Assembly: GCF_009914755.1 (NCBI RefSeq)
Contig: NC_060936.1
Length of the DNA stretch: 64,000 bases
Strand: one strand, 5' to 3'
Source of the DNA: the human T2T-CHM13v2.0 reference genome, Homo sapiens
Numbering within the stretch: the first letter of the stretch is position 1; each line of letters starts with the position of its first letter. A model generated the notes under the pieces. It did no database searches. It saw only the letters and a list, made by a program, of their open reading frames with translations, and was not told the DNA's origin. This document shows positions 50,080-64,000 of this stretch, piece by piece. A program made the position numbers and the translations under genes.

Positions 50080-50175
50080 CAGACCGAGTGGCCGCCAGCA
50101 CAGTTGGGCTGCTCCAGGTCGATGCTTCGTGGAGCAATAGAGACCTCATGGGAGACATGGAGGATGGGTCTGGCC
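50080..50175 (-). CDS. ITGA7: ITGA7 exon (96 nt)
   Basis: ARPILHVSHEVSIAPRSIDLEQPNC.. Confidence 0.94.
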
Positions 50176-50323
50176 CTGGGATTGGGGAGTCAAGAGCACA
50201 AGAAACATGAGAACATGAGGCTGGGAAACACTCTTCAGCATTAGATTTGGCACTGAGGTCGGGGTCAGAGTCACAGGGAGGGGCTGACGGCCTCAGGGAG
50301 GGAAAAGGTTGAGAGGGGCTCAC

Positions 50324-50451
50324 CTGAAGAGCACTGCGGTGTCAGCCAGGGAGCCCACCAGCAGGTCAGGGTATTGGTTCCCATCCATATCCAAGCTGCC
50401 TGACAGGGAGTAGCCGAAGCTCTTGATGCCCACAGCCTCGCCCTCCAGCAC
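50324..50451 (-). CDS. ITGA7: ITGA7 exon (128 nt), FG-GAP repeat
   Basis: [23 protein letters not shown]. Confidence 0.95.
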
Positions 50452-50566
50452 CTAGAGAACCGGCTGTCAGCCTCCCTCAATCCCACCTCCCGCAGGCCTC
50501 TGCCTCCCCTGATGCCTCTGCTGATTCCACCCACACCCATTCCCTCATCCCAGCGACTCCCCTCAC

Positions 50567-50655
50567 CTGTGAAGGTTTGGCGACAACCCCCAGGCTGCTC
50601 CCATGGTAGATGAAGACTTTCCCATCACCATCAAAGGGGGCACCCACTGCAATAT
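50567..50655 (-). CDS. ITGA7: ITGA7 exon (89 nt)
   Basis: [19 protein letters not shown].. Confidence 0.95.
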
Positions 50656-51011
50656 CTGCAGGGCACAGGGAAAAGGCAGTCACGCTGGCTGGGGGCCTTG
50701 CAGACAAGATCCAGGCCTCAACTCCCCCCAGTCACTCAGGTATGTTTTCTATTTTATTGAGAGGCTACAAAATCCCAGGCACTCTACATACATCATCTTT
50801 AATCCTCTTGGCCACTCCCTGCAGATATTACTAACGCAAAAAGGTTAGGAACTTGCCAAGGTCAGAAAGCTGGTAAATGGTACAGCTCAGACATAAGCTC
50901 AGGGACCCTCTCTCCCTGAGTCCTCAGAAGACCACACCCTGACCTCTGAGGGGCTTCCCCATCCCTCCTGTGGCCCCTCCCTCCCTGAGCCTTTCCAGTT
51001 CCCCGTCACAC

Positions 51012-51205
51012 CTGGAAAGCCATCTTGGTTGAGGTCCCCCAGGACAGCCAGGCTGATCCCGAACATGGAGTCAGGGGAGCCGCAGAGCCGGAGAGGGGAG
51101 ATCCCAGCCCAGTGACCCCCCTGGTTCAAGTACACATACACAGCACCCCCCAGCTCTTCTTGGCGCTCAAAGAAGTAGGGGGCACCCACTATCAGGTCTG
51201 GCCAG
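51012..51205 (-). CDS. ITGA7: ITGA7 exon (194 nt)
   Basis: WPDLIVGAPYFF..GDLNQDGFP. Confidence 0.95.
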
Positions 51206-51338
51206 CTATGGAGAGAGGGAAACATTCAGTGTGGGTCCTCCCTGGCCAGAGGAGCCAGCAGGAGGCTAAGTGGCCTCAGCCAGACTGGGGCTACTAGACC
51301 CAGCCTCCCTCAGGTGGCACGGCCCTCTACCCACTCAC

Positions 51339-51546
51339 CCATCACTGTTGAGGTCAGCCACAGCCAGTGAGTAGCCAAAGCCGGAGGTCAGGCGCTCCCC
51401 AGACAGCATAACCTCGGGCACCAGGCGACTGGCGCTGTCCTTGCGCAGGATGACCACAGCACCCTTGTGGTTGGCGCGGGGGGCTCCAGCCACAAAGCTC
51501 AGCTCTTCTGCACGCACCAGACCTTTCCCCGAGTCAATAGAGAAGC
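51339..51546 (-). CDS. ITGA7: ITGA7 exon (208 nt)
   Basis: FSIDSGKGL..GAPRANHKG..ADLNSDG. Confidence 0.95.
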
Positions 51547-52498
51547 CTGGGGGAAGGGTGACTTACCCCTAAGTCTTCACCCCAAGACTCAGAAGCTGGG
51601 GTGTGTCACAGCTCCCCCAGCCCCTGCCCCCTCCCTACAGGTTAAGAGCCAAGTCACAGCTCCCCTGCACCCTGCCCCCTCCCCTAGGTTAAGAGCCAAA
51701 AGATAGGTCCCCCCAAGTCATCAGCACCACAGCTGGATAGCTCTTCCTCCCCACAGGGCCTGGCAGCCTCCCACACCCACCAGGCCCAGGGACAAGCTTG
51801 GCACAAAAAGTGCAGTGAGGTCAGCCTCAGGGACTGGGCAAGAGAGAGAAAGGTGATGGCTGAGAAGGCCAGGAGCCCAGGTAGGAGGCTGAGCACAGTG
51901 GCCTCACCCTGCCCACACCCAGGGAGCTAGAAGAGCTAGAGGTCCCTCTCAGGCCCGAATCCCACCCAGTGCACCTCTTTCCCCCAACTCCCTCATCCTG
52001 GCAGGGAGGGGAAGTCTTCACATGGATGAGGGGGAGACAAGGGGGAGTGAGAGAGCGCCTGCTTCACCCAAACATCTCCCAGGCCTGGTTTCCTCCTCCT
52101 CTGCAGAGGAATGCAGATGAGACAACGAGAGGGACTTACCAACAACATTAGCCCTTTCTTCAATATGTGCCCACCATCCATCCCCTCAGGGAAAGTCCCC
52201 CTAGAAGACAGGACTGTCCTTCCCAAAATATCCTCAGCCCTGGCCCTCTCATTCCACCTGAATCTTCCTCCATGGAGACCCCTGGCTCACAGCCCCAGAG
52301 GCCACCACCCTGGGGGCCTCCTCCTCTTAGGCCTGATCATTGGACCCAGCTCTTCTCTGCAATTTGGGCCCAATGTATGTCTCCCTGGGTGTGTGTTGGG
52401 GGAGGAGGAGATTATAAGGCACCAAAGGTCGAGTTCCCTGGGGAAGGAGGGGAGGCTGGGCCATGCCCCTAGAGTCCAGGAGGTGGGAGCTTACAAAC

Positions 52499-52618
52499 CT
52501 AAGTAGCTATTGAGGGCCAAGTCTCCGGCTGGTCCTGGGAGCCGGTCAGCAGGGTCCAAAGTTTTATACACCAGCTGGTCGGGGTCTGAGCTATCAATGT
52601 TGGTCACAAAAAGCAACC
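52499..52618 (-). CDS. ITGA7: ITGA7 mutually exclusive exon X2 (120 nt)
   Basis: LLFVTNIDSSDPDQLVYKTLDPADRLPGPAGDLALNSYLG. Confidence 0.93.
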
Positions 52619-52890
52619 CTGTGGGGGGTGGGGTGAGACACCAGGGAGGGGACATCCAGAGGAGGGGCCACAGAGTAGGGAGACAGAGCCACAGAAAGGC
52701 CAGAAAATGGTGGAAGAAGAAGAGGTGGAGAGAGAAAAAGAGACCAGAGAGATCACAGCCAGAGACAGAAAGACAGAGAGAGACAAGGTGAGAGACAGAA
52801 ACAGAGACAGAAGGATGGGAGCATGGAGAGAGAGGACAAGAGAGAGGAGCAGAGGGTTAGAGCAGTTCTGGGCCGGGGAGAGGTCCCTAC

Positions 52891-53022
52891 CAAAGTAGCT
52901 GTTGGCAGGGACCGGGATGAGGCGGGGGTCCTGCTCCTTCTCTCCCCCCGCCTCGTAGGGACCGTCGTCCAGGTGTGCCAGGTCCGCTGAGCCCTGTGCA
53001 CAGAGCTCCACCCTGGCCGTGC
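52891..53022 (-). CDS. ITGA7: ITGA7 mutually exclusive exon X1 (132 nt)
   Basis: TARVELCAQGSADLAHLDDGPYEAGGEKEQDPRLIPVPANSYFG. Confidence 0.93.
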
Positions 53023-53527
53023 CTGCAAGGACAGACCTGTTAGTGCCCAGGGCAGGGCGCAAGGAACACCCCTCAGGCCGGACACTGAGTTAGACAGGCA
53101 CACGGGGAAGCCCTGCCTCTTCTTTCTAGCCCTCTCCCCACCCTGTCCCCAACCCAGGCTTCCTGGGGTCCCCCAGATGTGGCATCACACTCACCGAGTG
53201 TCAGCTCAGCCAGCAGCAGCGTGCGGAGACGGGAATGGCAGTGATGAGGTGTGGGCTAGTGTGTTGGAGCATGCAGGCCCCAGCTGCAGGCCCAGCGTGC
53301 ACTTGGGGCCCATGCCAGCATGTTGAGGAACACTTGGCCGTGCGAGGGAAAGGAGGCACCCCCCATTCATGTGTGCACTAGCTCAATGGGGTGGAAGGCA
53401 TGGCAGTGCCCTGGGGCCATACAGCAGTGCACATGTGGTCATGCTTGGCCATGTGCCATCCCCAACCCTGTCTCTGAGGTAAGAGGAGGTTTTGGTCCCC
53501 TTCTCCCCTTCCCGAGGAGTGACTCAC

Positions 53528-53783
53528 CCTTCCAATTATAGGTTCCTGGGGCCCCAAAGAGGAGGTAGTGGCTATCAGGGGAGAAGGCGGCAGCTGTGCC
53601 CTGCTGGCAGAACCCAAATTGTTCATGGCCTTGGGGGCGTCCCTCACAGAACTTCCATTCCCCACCATCCAACTCATCCCGGATGGCCAGGTCCTGGCTG
53701 AGCACAAAGCAGCGACCAATCATATCCCGCGTCTCCAGGATCTGGTCCACTCGCTGCCTTGCCTCATATCGGTGTGCACAGGT
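53528..53783 (-). CDS. ITGA7: ITGA7 exon 4 (256 nt)
   Basis: TCAHRYE..GFCQQG..GAPGTYNWKG. Confidence 0.96.
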
Positions 53784-54101
53784 CTGGGGGAGGAAGGGAT
53801 GGGGATCATTTCACTCTGTGGGCCAGGGACCTGCTTGAGGCATGCTGCCCATATGCAGAGATTTGGCAGATACTGATACATGTGTGCTCACATGCACATG
53901 CACATGCACACATACACACACACCCCTATGCCGGCACCACTCAAGCACCATTACCCTGCCAGTGTTACACAGGTCCATGCATAACCCAGCAACCTGTCTG
54001 CACCCACTTCCTTGCCCTCAAATGGAGATCTCCTTGTTCCACATTCTGCCTGGAGCCAAAAGACACAATTAAGCCACCACATAGGATGTGTGTCTCCCTG
54101 A

Positions 54102-55230
<1,129 letters not shown>

Positions 55231-55500
55231 TTCCCCTGTAGTAACTAGCACAATGCCTGATGCTTAAAAGGTTCTCAGTAAGAGTTTGACAAATGGATGG
55301 ATGAATGAATGGACAGACGTTTTTACATTTATAAGGACAAGGACCATGTCTCACACCTTTTTATATCTCCCTGATGTACTTGGAATCATACCATATTCCT
55401 AACTTGTGTTCTCTAAGCACACCTATGCGTATGCACACACCATAAACACACACACACACACACCCCATCCGTGCATTCAGTCATGAGAAGCAATACTCAC

Positions 55501-55580
55501 AACAATCTTGCCCCCAGGCCCCTGGCTCCGAACACTGACTCCCAACCACTGGTTCTCCTTGCTTTCCTTTTGCATATCAG
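55501..55580 (-). CDS. ITGA7: ITGA7 exon 3 (80 nt)
   Basis: DMQKESKENQWLGVSVRSQGPGGKIV. Confidence 0.95.
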
Positions 55581-55679
55581 CTAGAGGCAGGACACTGGGA
55601 ATTAGGGGAGGGAAGAGGAGCCCAAGTCCTCTCCTCCCCGCTCACACGCTTCCCCCACTCCGTTCATGCAGGGCCACAC

Positions 55680-55807
55680 CTCCCTGGTCGATGTCCACTC
55701 TGTAGCAGTCAGTCTCCTCCAGGCTCAACGGGCAAGCGAAGAGGCCTCCAGTGCGATTCGCCTGCTGCCCAGGAAGAGCCAGGGCCTGGGGAGCACCCAC
55801 CAGCAGC
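55680..55807 (-). CDS. ITGA7: ITGA7 exon 2 (128 nt)
   Basis: LLVGAPQALALPGQQANRTGGLFACPL.. Confidence 0.95.
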
Positions 55808-56044
55808 CTGCAAGATGGGGCAGGGGCAGGGACAGGGACAGGAGTTAGAGGTCAGAATGACCCAATCTCCTTAGAGCTGCCCAGGCCCAACCCCTCAGTA
55901 CTAAAGAGAGTGTTCAAGGACTAAAGAGAAGGGGCAAATGTCAGTTTTCTCAAACCCTGGCAAGGACAAATTAATATGCTTGGTCATGCAGTCATCACGT
56001 TGCATGTACATACTATCTGGATAAGGGATCAACATACACAGTAG

Positions 56045-56045
<1 letters not shown>

Positions 56046-56082
<37 letters not shown>
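56046..56082. repeat. (CA)n microsatellite
   Basis: Direct reading. Confidence 0.9.
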
Positions 56083-56083
<1 letters not shown>

Positions 56084-59000
56084 CCAACCCAAGCAGCCAG
56101 GCCAACAGTGCTGGTTTGAAAGAACTGCCTGTTCCCAGCACCTGTTCCTGAGTAGGCCTTCCCTATCCCCTCCTTGGCCCCATCCCCAAGCTCTGCCCTG
56201 CTCCCCAACCCAGTCCAGTTGAAACCCAGCCAGAAATGCCAAGAATGCTGGGAGCAAAAGTAACAGGGCCCCAGACTGGCATCAGAGTGTGGCTCAGGGA
56301 CCAGCTTCAGAGGCCAGGCAAGAGGCTAGATACGGACCCACTGCCCCCTCATCAGGGACCCAGCAAAGACCCCACCTCCCAGAAGCTGTGCCAGCCCAGG
56401 ATTCCATCAGTCACTCTGGCTGGCATGGAGGTAGGGACAAGTTTCTCCTTCTGCCTCCAATGCTACCCCATTCTCTTCCCGACATCCTGAATCCCCTTCC
56501 CCATCCTTCCTTCTCCCCATGTCCATGATTTCTCCTTCCCTTCCACCCCCACCCAGTCTTCTCTCCTGCCTCCCCCTCAGCCTCTTTCCCAGCTACAACT
56601 TTCTTGGCAGGACAATTTTCCATGATCACAGCCAAGCCGTCTTCCCCAGGGGAGCACAGTGCTGGGAATGGAGGCTGCCTGGGTCCCCTGGGGCTGAACC
56701 CCCAAGCCAGAGTGAAGGCGGGGGTGAGGTAAGATGACTGACACCCAGCTGGCTCCATGGGTCCTCTCTTTGCAGAAGGAGAGACTCAGAAGTGGCAGTG
56801 GGACAAACCTCAACGCCTCTCTCCCACACTCTTCTCCTCCATCTCCCTTCCTGGGGGGCAAGGCCCAAAACCATGTTAGGCAGTATTACAGACAGGCATC
56901 TGTGGGGCACTGTGCCAGCTCTGATGGGGTGGAGGGGGAGGGCAGAGAGCCATTCTTCCTTCCCACAACTCCTCCTCATCTCTTAGCAGCTGCCATCCCT
57001 TGTCAGAGCCAGTGTCAAGACAGAGAAGGGGTATAGGGAGTAGTAGAGAAGAGAAGACACATTTGGCATTCAACTACTTATTGAGAGTCTATTGTATGCC
57101 AAGCCCTGTGTCAGGCGCTGGTGAGACAAGGAAATCATATTTATTCAGCACCTACTATGACGTCAGATCCGAGGCTAGACACCAGGGATATAAGAAACTA
57201 ACATTCATCACTGTCCACATATGTGCCAAGCACCAGGATAGGCAAGTCACATGCATTATGTCATTTAATCATCAGAACAATCCTATGAGATAAGGATTCT
57301 TTTCTTGTCTTTCAGATGAGAAAACTCACTCAAAGACATTAAGCAGTGATGCTGGAATTCAAATCCACATGGGCCTAACTCCAACACTTTGTCACTCCAC
57401 CCAGTGACTGACCTGTCTCTAGAACACTGAGACCACCCCAGAAAGGGAAGGAGAGAGTGGGGAGATGAGGGTACCCTGGGCAGAAAAGGAAACGGGGTGA
57501 TACAGCCCTGCATAAATAAATGGCAACCTTCAGGCAAGTCAGCAGTACCCCCAGCCTCCAAACATAGAAGTGGCCATCTCTCTGAGTGTCGGGGCTGTCT
57601 TTTCATCTTTGTGCTTGCCCCATAGGGAGTGTCAGAATGTGTTTACTGAACACACACATTTTGTGGACTCATAGAGATACCCAGTGTCACAGCTGGTCAG
57701 TGCATAGCTAAGCACCCAGATAAGTTATCCTTGTTCTATGTTCACATCTCCTCTGGAGGCCAAAAGTAGGGAGGAGGGGAGGGGCCCATGTGGAAGAAAG
57801 AAGCTGAGTGCATAGATATGCCCAGTCCGCTCTTGGTGGAGAAGAGACCAATCGATCCTTAGTGGAACAAGAGCACCCAGCAGCATCCTCTCTAGTCCCT
57901 CCACCTCTGGTCCAGCCACACACACTCCTTCCTGGCTTCATGCCATACGCCCTAACCACCCCAGGCTTCTGGACAGCCACAGTGTAGCCACTGCAGAGAG
58001 AAAAGCAAAAAAAAAAAAAAAAAAGTGTTGGCAGCTGGGGGGCAGAGGGACCCCCTGGGAGCTCAGCTAAGTGAAGACAAAGGAGTAGCCCACGACCACT
58101 GCACTTCTCGATTCTCCACACACTCCAGGGCCCCAGCCCAAGTCCAGCCCCTCTTTGGCCCCTCTCAATCTGGGTGGCCCTCTGGGGAGGATGCTTGGCC
58201 TGGAAGGCTGGCTCAGCCAGGGAGGCCCTCTAGCCAAGCCTTTGGATCCAGAATCTCTGTAAGGCGCTCTGTGAATCACAATACAAGAATAGCAATACTA
58301 CTAACACTTCACAGCACTCACTGCGGGCTATGCACTATTCTAAGCATTTTATATATATTAAGAACTCTTAATCTGCACAACAACCCTATGTAGTAATACT
58401 ATGTTTATATCCTTTTTACAGTTGAGGGAAGTAAATGAGGCTGGAACCACACAGCAAAGGTTAGACCTTAAAGTCTCATCCCAGAGCTAGACTAAAAGAC
58501 ATCAAAACAGGCAAGAAGTTTTTTTCATCAGTGAGTGCTAAGGCAGGCCACCTGCAACTCAAAAGCTAGGGACTGAGCAGGTGCCTGGCCTCTCACATAC
58601 CCCCCGCCCCCCAGCAGCAGAGCACCCCCTGCTGGAGCAAAAGCAGGGTGAGGCAGTCAGGCCCTCTGGGAAAGGCCCCAGCTTGGCTCTGGGAGACGGA
58701 ACCAGGGGCCACCTTCAGAGAGGAGGGGGAAATGACAAGAGACCAAGCTATTAAAAATAACCTAGAATTTGCCTGGAAATAGCTTAGAGAGTTCAGCATG
58801 TCCTAAAAAGGCCTCCAGTCCTCGAACTCTGACAGATGGAGAAGGAGGGAGGAAGGGAGGGAGGGAGCAAAGGTGAATGAGGAAGCAGATGGTAAACAGA
58901 AGAGGAGATGAAGTCCGTTGCTTTCTATCTCTCCCAAAGTTTTGGGGACCACCGACCCTGCTACCAGATGATAGGGATAATGGAAGAAGAAAGATTAGAG

Positions 59001-60049
59001 CTAGGCCCCCACTCCCCAAGCAAGTGAGGAGAAATGAGCTCTTGTCCCTGCCCCCTGCCCCCAGACCGACAGTAGAGGCAGAAGACAGTCCCAGTGGACA
59101 GCATTGATCCCAGTAATGGATACTTAATGTGGCTTAGGCACTGGTTGAAGAGAGAAAAGCCCCCTAGCAGGAGCAGGTGAGAAGCTTTCTTCACCTCTGG
59201 CCTCCCTTTTTACAATCAGACATGTAGCAAGAGCCAAGGATACAGGCAACATGACCAGTCACAGGCCCCTCACAAAAGTATATCCATCTCCCATGGGTCC
59301 TGAACTGATTAGAAAAAATTAGAATTGTCCTCCACCCCTTACTCCTCCTGGCCCTTCCCAGCTGCTGAGATTCCTGGAGTTGGAAATTTGCTAAGGAGGA
59401 GGAAGGGGAGCAGCCTGGCCAGCATCCTTCCTGGATCTCTCTCACTGCTACAGCTGCTGCGGCTACTACTACTGCTACTAGTACTTTGAGGGTTCAGTTT
59501 GCTGCCACTCTCTATCACCAAGCCACCTACTGCAGGTTGGCAGACCTGCAGATCCTCTCCCAATCTTCCCGTGGTCTTAAGCCACAGAAGTGGAAGCTCT
59601 CTCCTGGCCTTCCAGTGCCCTGCTGCCCTCATTCCATCCATGGCAATGCTCTAGCAGGAAGTTATTTCTGGAGTCTGCCCTGCATGCATCCCTCTCATGG
59701 CACCCTCAACTTCTATGTCCTTTCCATCTCCTCCCATTCTAAGCAGAGACAGACAGTCTCCCTCCCTTGGGGAATTCAGCCCTTGGAAGAAGCAGGGGAG
59801 CCAGAGGCCCTGGGGCTGGATCAAGGATGCAAGTTGGGGGAAAGGCCCAGAAGAAGGAGATGGTTCGCTGCCAAGACAAGAACCTTGCTTTCCAACTCAT
59901 CCCTAAAGCAAAATACTGGTCTCAGGGCCGGCAAGTGCAGCTTCAGACGCAAGCCAGATGAGGCAAGGCTCCAGGTTGGGATGTGGGATGTCTGTGGGCA
60001 GTCTAGGTCTTGGTGGGGCTAGAAAACAGAGAAATGAGGAGGCCCACAG

Positions 60050-60800
60050 AGTGGGGAGGGGGACGATCTGTGGCTCGGGCATGGCGACTCTGGGCGGGTG
60101 CGGTGACTCACCAGCTCTGGGGTCGGGGCTGCAACTGCCGGTGCAGGGCCACAGAGAAGCCGAAGAGGCTGCCTGGCTCGCCCTCCTTGCGCAAGGCACC
60201 CATCACGTCCAGATTGAAGGCGACAGCCCGTGAGAAGAGCAGTTCGACGAGCAGGGAGCCAAAAAGGTAGCAAATCCCGGAGGCCCCCCAAGGGTCGCGG
60301 CTCCGAGCCCCGGCCATGGGACGATCCCTGCGCGAGCTCCCAGCGAATGCAAGGGAAATCTCGCACGCCCCAAGCCCCAGGTCCCCCCAGGCGCGTCTCT
60401 GGTCTCCAAAGTCTCGTTGGTCTTTCAGACGTCTCCCAGACGTTCGCCCCGCCAGCCCTCCCGCCCGCCCGCCGCTCCGCCACCCCGCCGCCCCAGCACC
60501 GGCTAGGACAACTACAGCAGCCGCAGCTCCGGCGCCCACTCCGGCTCCCGCCTCCTCTCCCGGGGACGCCACTCAGGCCCCGCCTCCGGCCCCGCCCCTC
60601 GCTCCCGCGGCAGGTGGAGACCCAAGCCCGTCTCCAAGGGGATGCCCAGGCTGGTGGCTGGGGTGGAAACTAGCCTTGCTGACCCCCCACCACCACGCCC
60701 CCCAAGCCCAGCACCGTCTCCGGCTCCGCCCCTGCGCGGCGCTCTCCTCCCCTTCTCCCCCAACCCCATCCCCACCCCGGGAGTGGTGGAGGCGGCGACT
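60050..60800 (-). promoter_or_regulatory. ITGA7: ITGA7 CpG-island promoter with multiple GC boxes
   Basis: High GC/CpG density; repeated CCGCCC; no TATA box seen. Confidence 0.8.
60112..60317 (-). CDS. ITGA7: ITGA7 exon 1 coding part (206 nt): signal peptide and mature N-terminus FNLD
   Basis: CCCATGG start; MAGARSRDPWGASGICYLFG..AVAFNLDV; donor GTGAGT; exon lengths sum to 3414 nt for X2B. Confidence 0.97.
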
Positions 60801-62700
60801 TGGAATGCGGAGGGAGAGAAGTACAGATAGAAAGAGAGGGGCTGAAACAGAGGAAGGAGGGTAAGAGATGAGAAGTTGGGAAGACGCTAAAAGACAACCT
60901 GGGAAGAGAGATGTGCAGATAGAGAGGAAATGAAAGGGGAGCCGTCCTGGGCCTGGGTGCAGCGTGGCATCTTAGTGCTCCCTGTTCCCCCATGGTCACA
61001 TAGAGCACTCTCTCTGCTGTTGGGATCAGACCGCTGCCCTCCCCCATCCTATCCCATCCCCCGCCCCCAGCCCGGCAATGACCACAGCAGTGCTAGCCAC
61101 ATCGTCAGGATTCAAGGGAACAGAGAAAAAGAGGCAAGAAGAGAGAGAGAAACTCGGGAGATACGGGGAGCAAATGGAGAAATGGAAAAAGGAAAGGAAT
61201 AGAGAGGAAGAAAGAAGGGCAAGAGATTAATTGACAAGGGATGGAATGAAGGGAGAAAAGAAAACGACTGGGGATGATTACAGGAAGAGGAAATTAAGCA
61301 GTGGGGAGGGGAGTGGGTGTCAAAGAAGGCAAAGATGAAAGAGACTGGACCCAAGAGGCAGAGGGATGTAAAGGGTGTCCCCAGCTACCAGACCCGTCCC
61401 AGGACTGCACATTTCCTATCCATGAAAGGGGATGGGAGGGGGCAGAGTCCTGGACTGGCTCAGCAGGACCTGGGTGGGGCTGAGATGGGATCTCCACAGG
61501 GACCCATTGGCCTGTCCCTCTTCCTCTCCCTTTCCCTCAGGCTGGGACAGAGGCAAGGGGGTGGGGGGACACTTTCCAACTCTCTGCTATTTATAACTCC
61601 GATACAGAAATGGGGCCAGAAGGAGAGACAGGAAATAATTTGGCATAATGGGAACCTCGAATGCTCCCACTTCCCCTTCCTACTCCCCTTGCTTACTGGT
61701 GTTGGTCTTGTGAATATACATCTGTCCATCTTCCCTTCTCTCTCTCACTATCTGATTTTGTCTCATCCCAAATTCTATTTTGTCATCATTCTTGTCTCTG
61801 CCACACTTGGAATCTTTCTCAGAGTATTTCTCAATGTTTCTAGTGTTGTCTCTGCCCTTCAAACACTATCATATTCTTACGATTCTTTCTTCTCTTTCCC
61901 TTTCTTAAAAGTTCCAATAAGTGTCCTACCTCCTTCCTCTTCCTGTGTTCTGTCTTTCCTACTTCATTGTTCAGGATTATACTTCTTTGAAAACAAAAAA
62001 AAAGTGGGTTCTTACTCTGCTGCCCTGGGACAGTCTTTGCCTTGGATAAGTTAACAGACATTTGGAAGTCTGGCCCTCTGTTTTCCAATACTACACCTGT
62101 GGCTATCCCCTCCAGAGCACTAACACATCTCTAAACAGGTACTATAAGGAAATACATATGCTGTCAGCAGGGCTGGCACCAGGATTCTACTTTCACCATG
62201 CCCTCCCCATCCTTTTTAATATCTCAGAGCCCCAGACAGTAGAGAAGAGCTGACATGGGAATGCAGAATTGCAAAATTAGGACAGAACTGGGACTACTGA
62301 CTCCCTGCCCAGGTCCCCCCGCCCCCGACCCAGCTCAAAATGCCTTTAGAGCCCAAGCTGCCTCCTATCTGCACCTGCAGCTTCTGCCTGTCTCCATTCC
62401 CACTCCACTGGCTTCTGTGATCCAGGGCTGAAATCAGATGCCAAGAATCTGCTTCTGACCTCCTCTCTCCAAATATTTGAGAAGTCACCTCACCACCACA
62501 GGAGGAAAGATCAGGAAAGAAGAGAGAGAGAGGCCACCCAAAATTAGCCTGGCTATAAATAGAGGGGCAAAGGAGGGAGGGGAACACACAAGAGCGTGCT
62601 AGACCAGCCTAGTAAATTTAGACATGTAGATTTCTCTCAAGGAGAAATGAGACTAGAATGTTGGAGTGGAAGATAATATCGTAGGTGAAGAGGGAAATTA

Positions 62701-64000
<1,300 letters not shown>

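Noticed and set aside
60318-60572. In-frame non-AUG N-terminal extension of ITGA7
   Set aside because: Stop-free frames are expected in a CpG island and the extension would displace the signal peptide; no supporting evidence
61317-62054. 245-aa hydrophobic ORF upstream of ITGA7
   Set aside because: Low-complexity purine then pyrimidine tracts, non-ATG start, no recognisable family

Overview
Hominid (very probably human) genomic DNA matching the chr12q13 METTL7B(TMT1B)-ITGA7 locus. About 1-33.7 kb is repeat-dense intergenic DNA: an older-type SVA, a full-length THE1 provirus holding a three-level LTR nest, processed pseudogene fragments of PSMB3 and RPS4, an unidentified 3'UTR-like retrocopy, and many Alu, L1, L2, LTR and DNA-transposon relics. 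METTL7B (+ strand, 2 coding exons, 244 aa) lies at 34.4-37.2 kb. It converges tail-to-tail on the complete ITGA7 gene (- strand, ATG at 60317; X2B isoform CDS 3414 nt = 1137 aa, rebuilt exon by exon, all GT-AG), including mutually exclusive exons X1/X2 and the 113-nt frame-switching exon A. I see no new gene system. The best signals are RNA-processing architecture: (1) a distant branch point with a ~247-nt AG-free zone only ~33 nt from the X1 donor, predicting steric enforcement of X1/X2 exclusivity; (2) one 9-bp TTTAATAAA element supplying poly(A) hexamers to both convergent genes; (3) UGCAUG clusters at exon A and exon 4. Repeat subfamily names come from recalled consensus sequences and need RepeatMasker confirmation; repeat boundaries are approximate.
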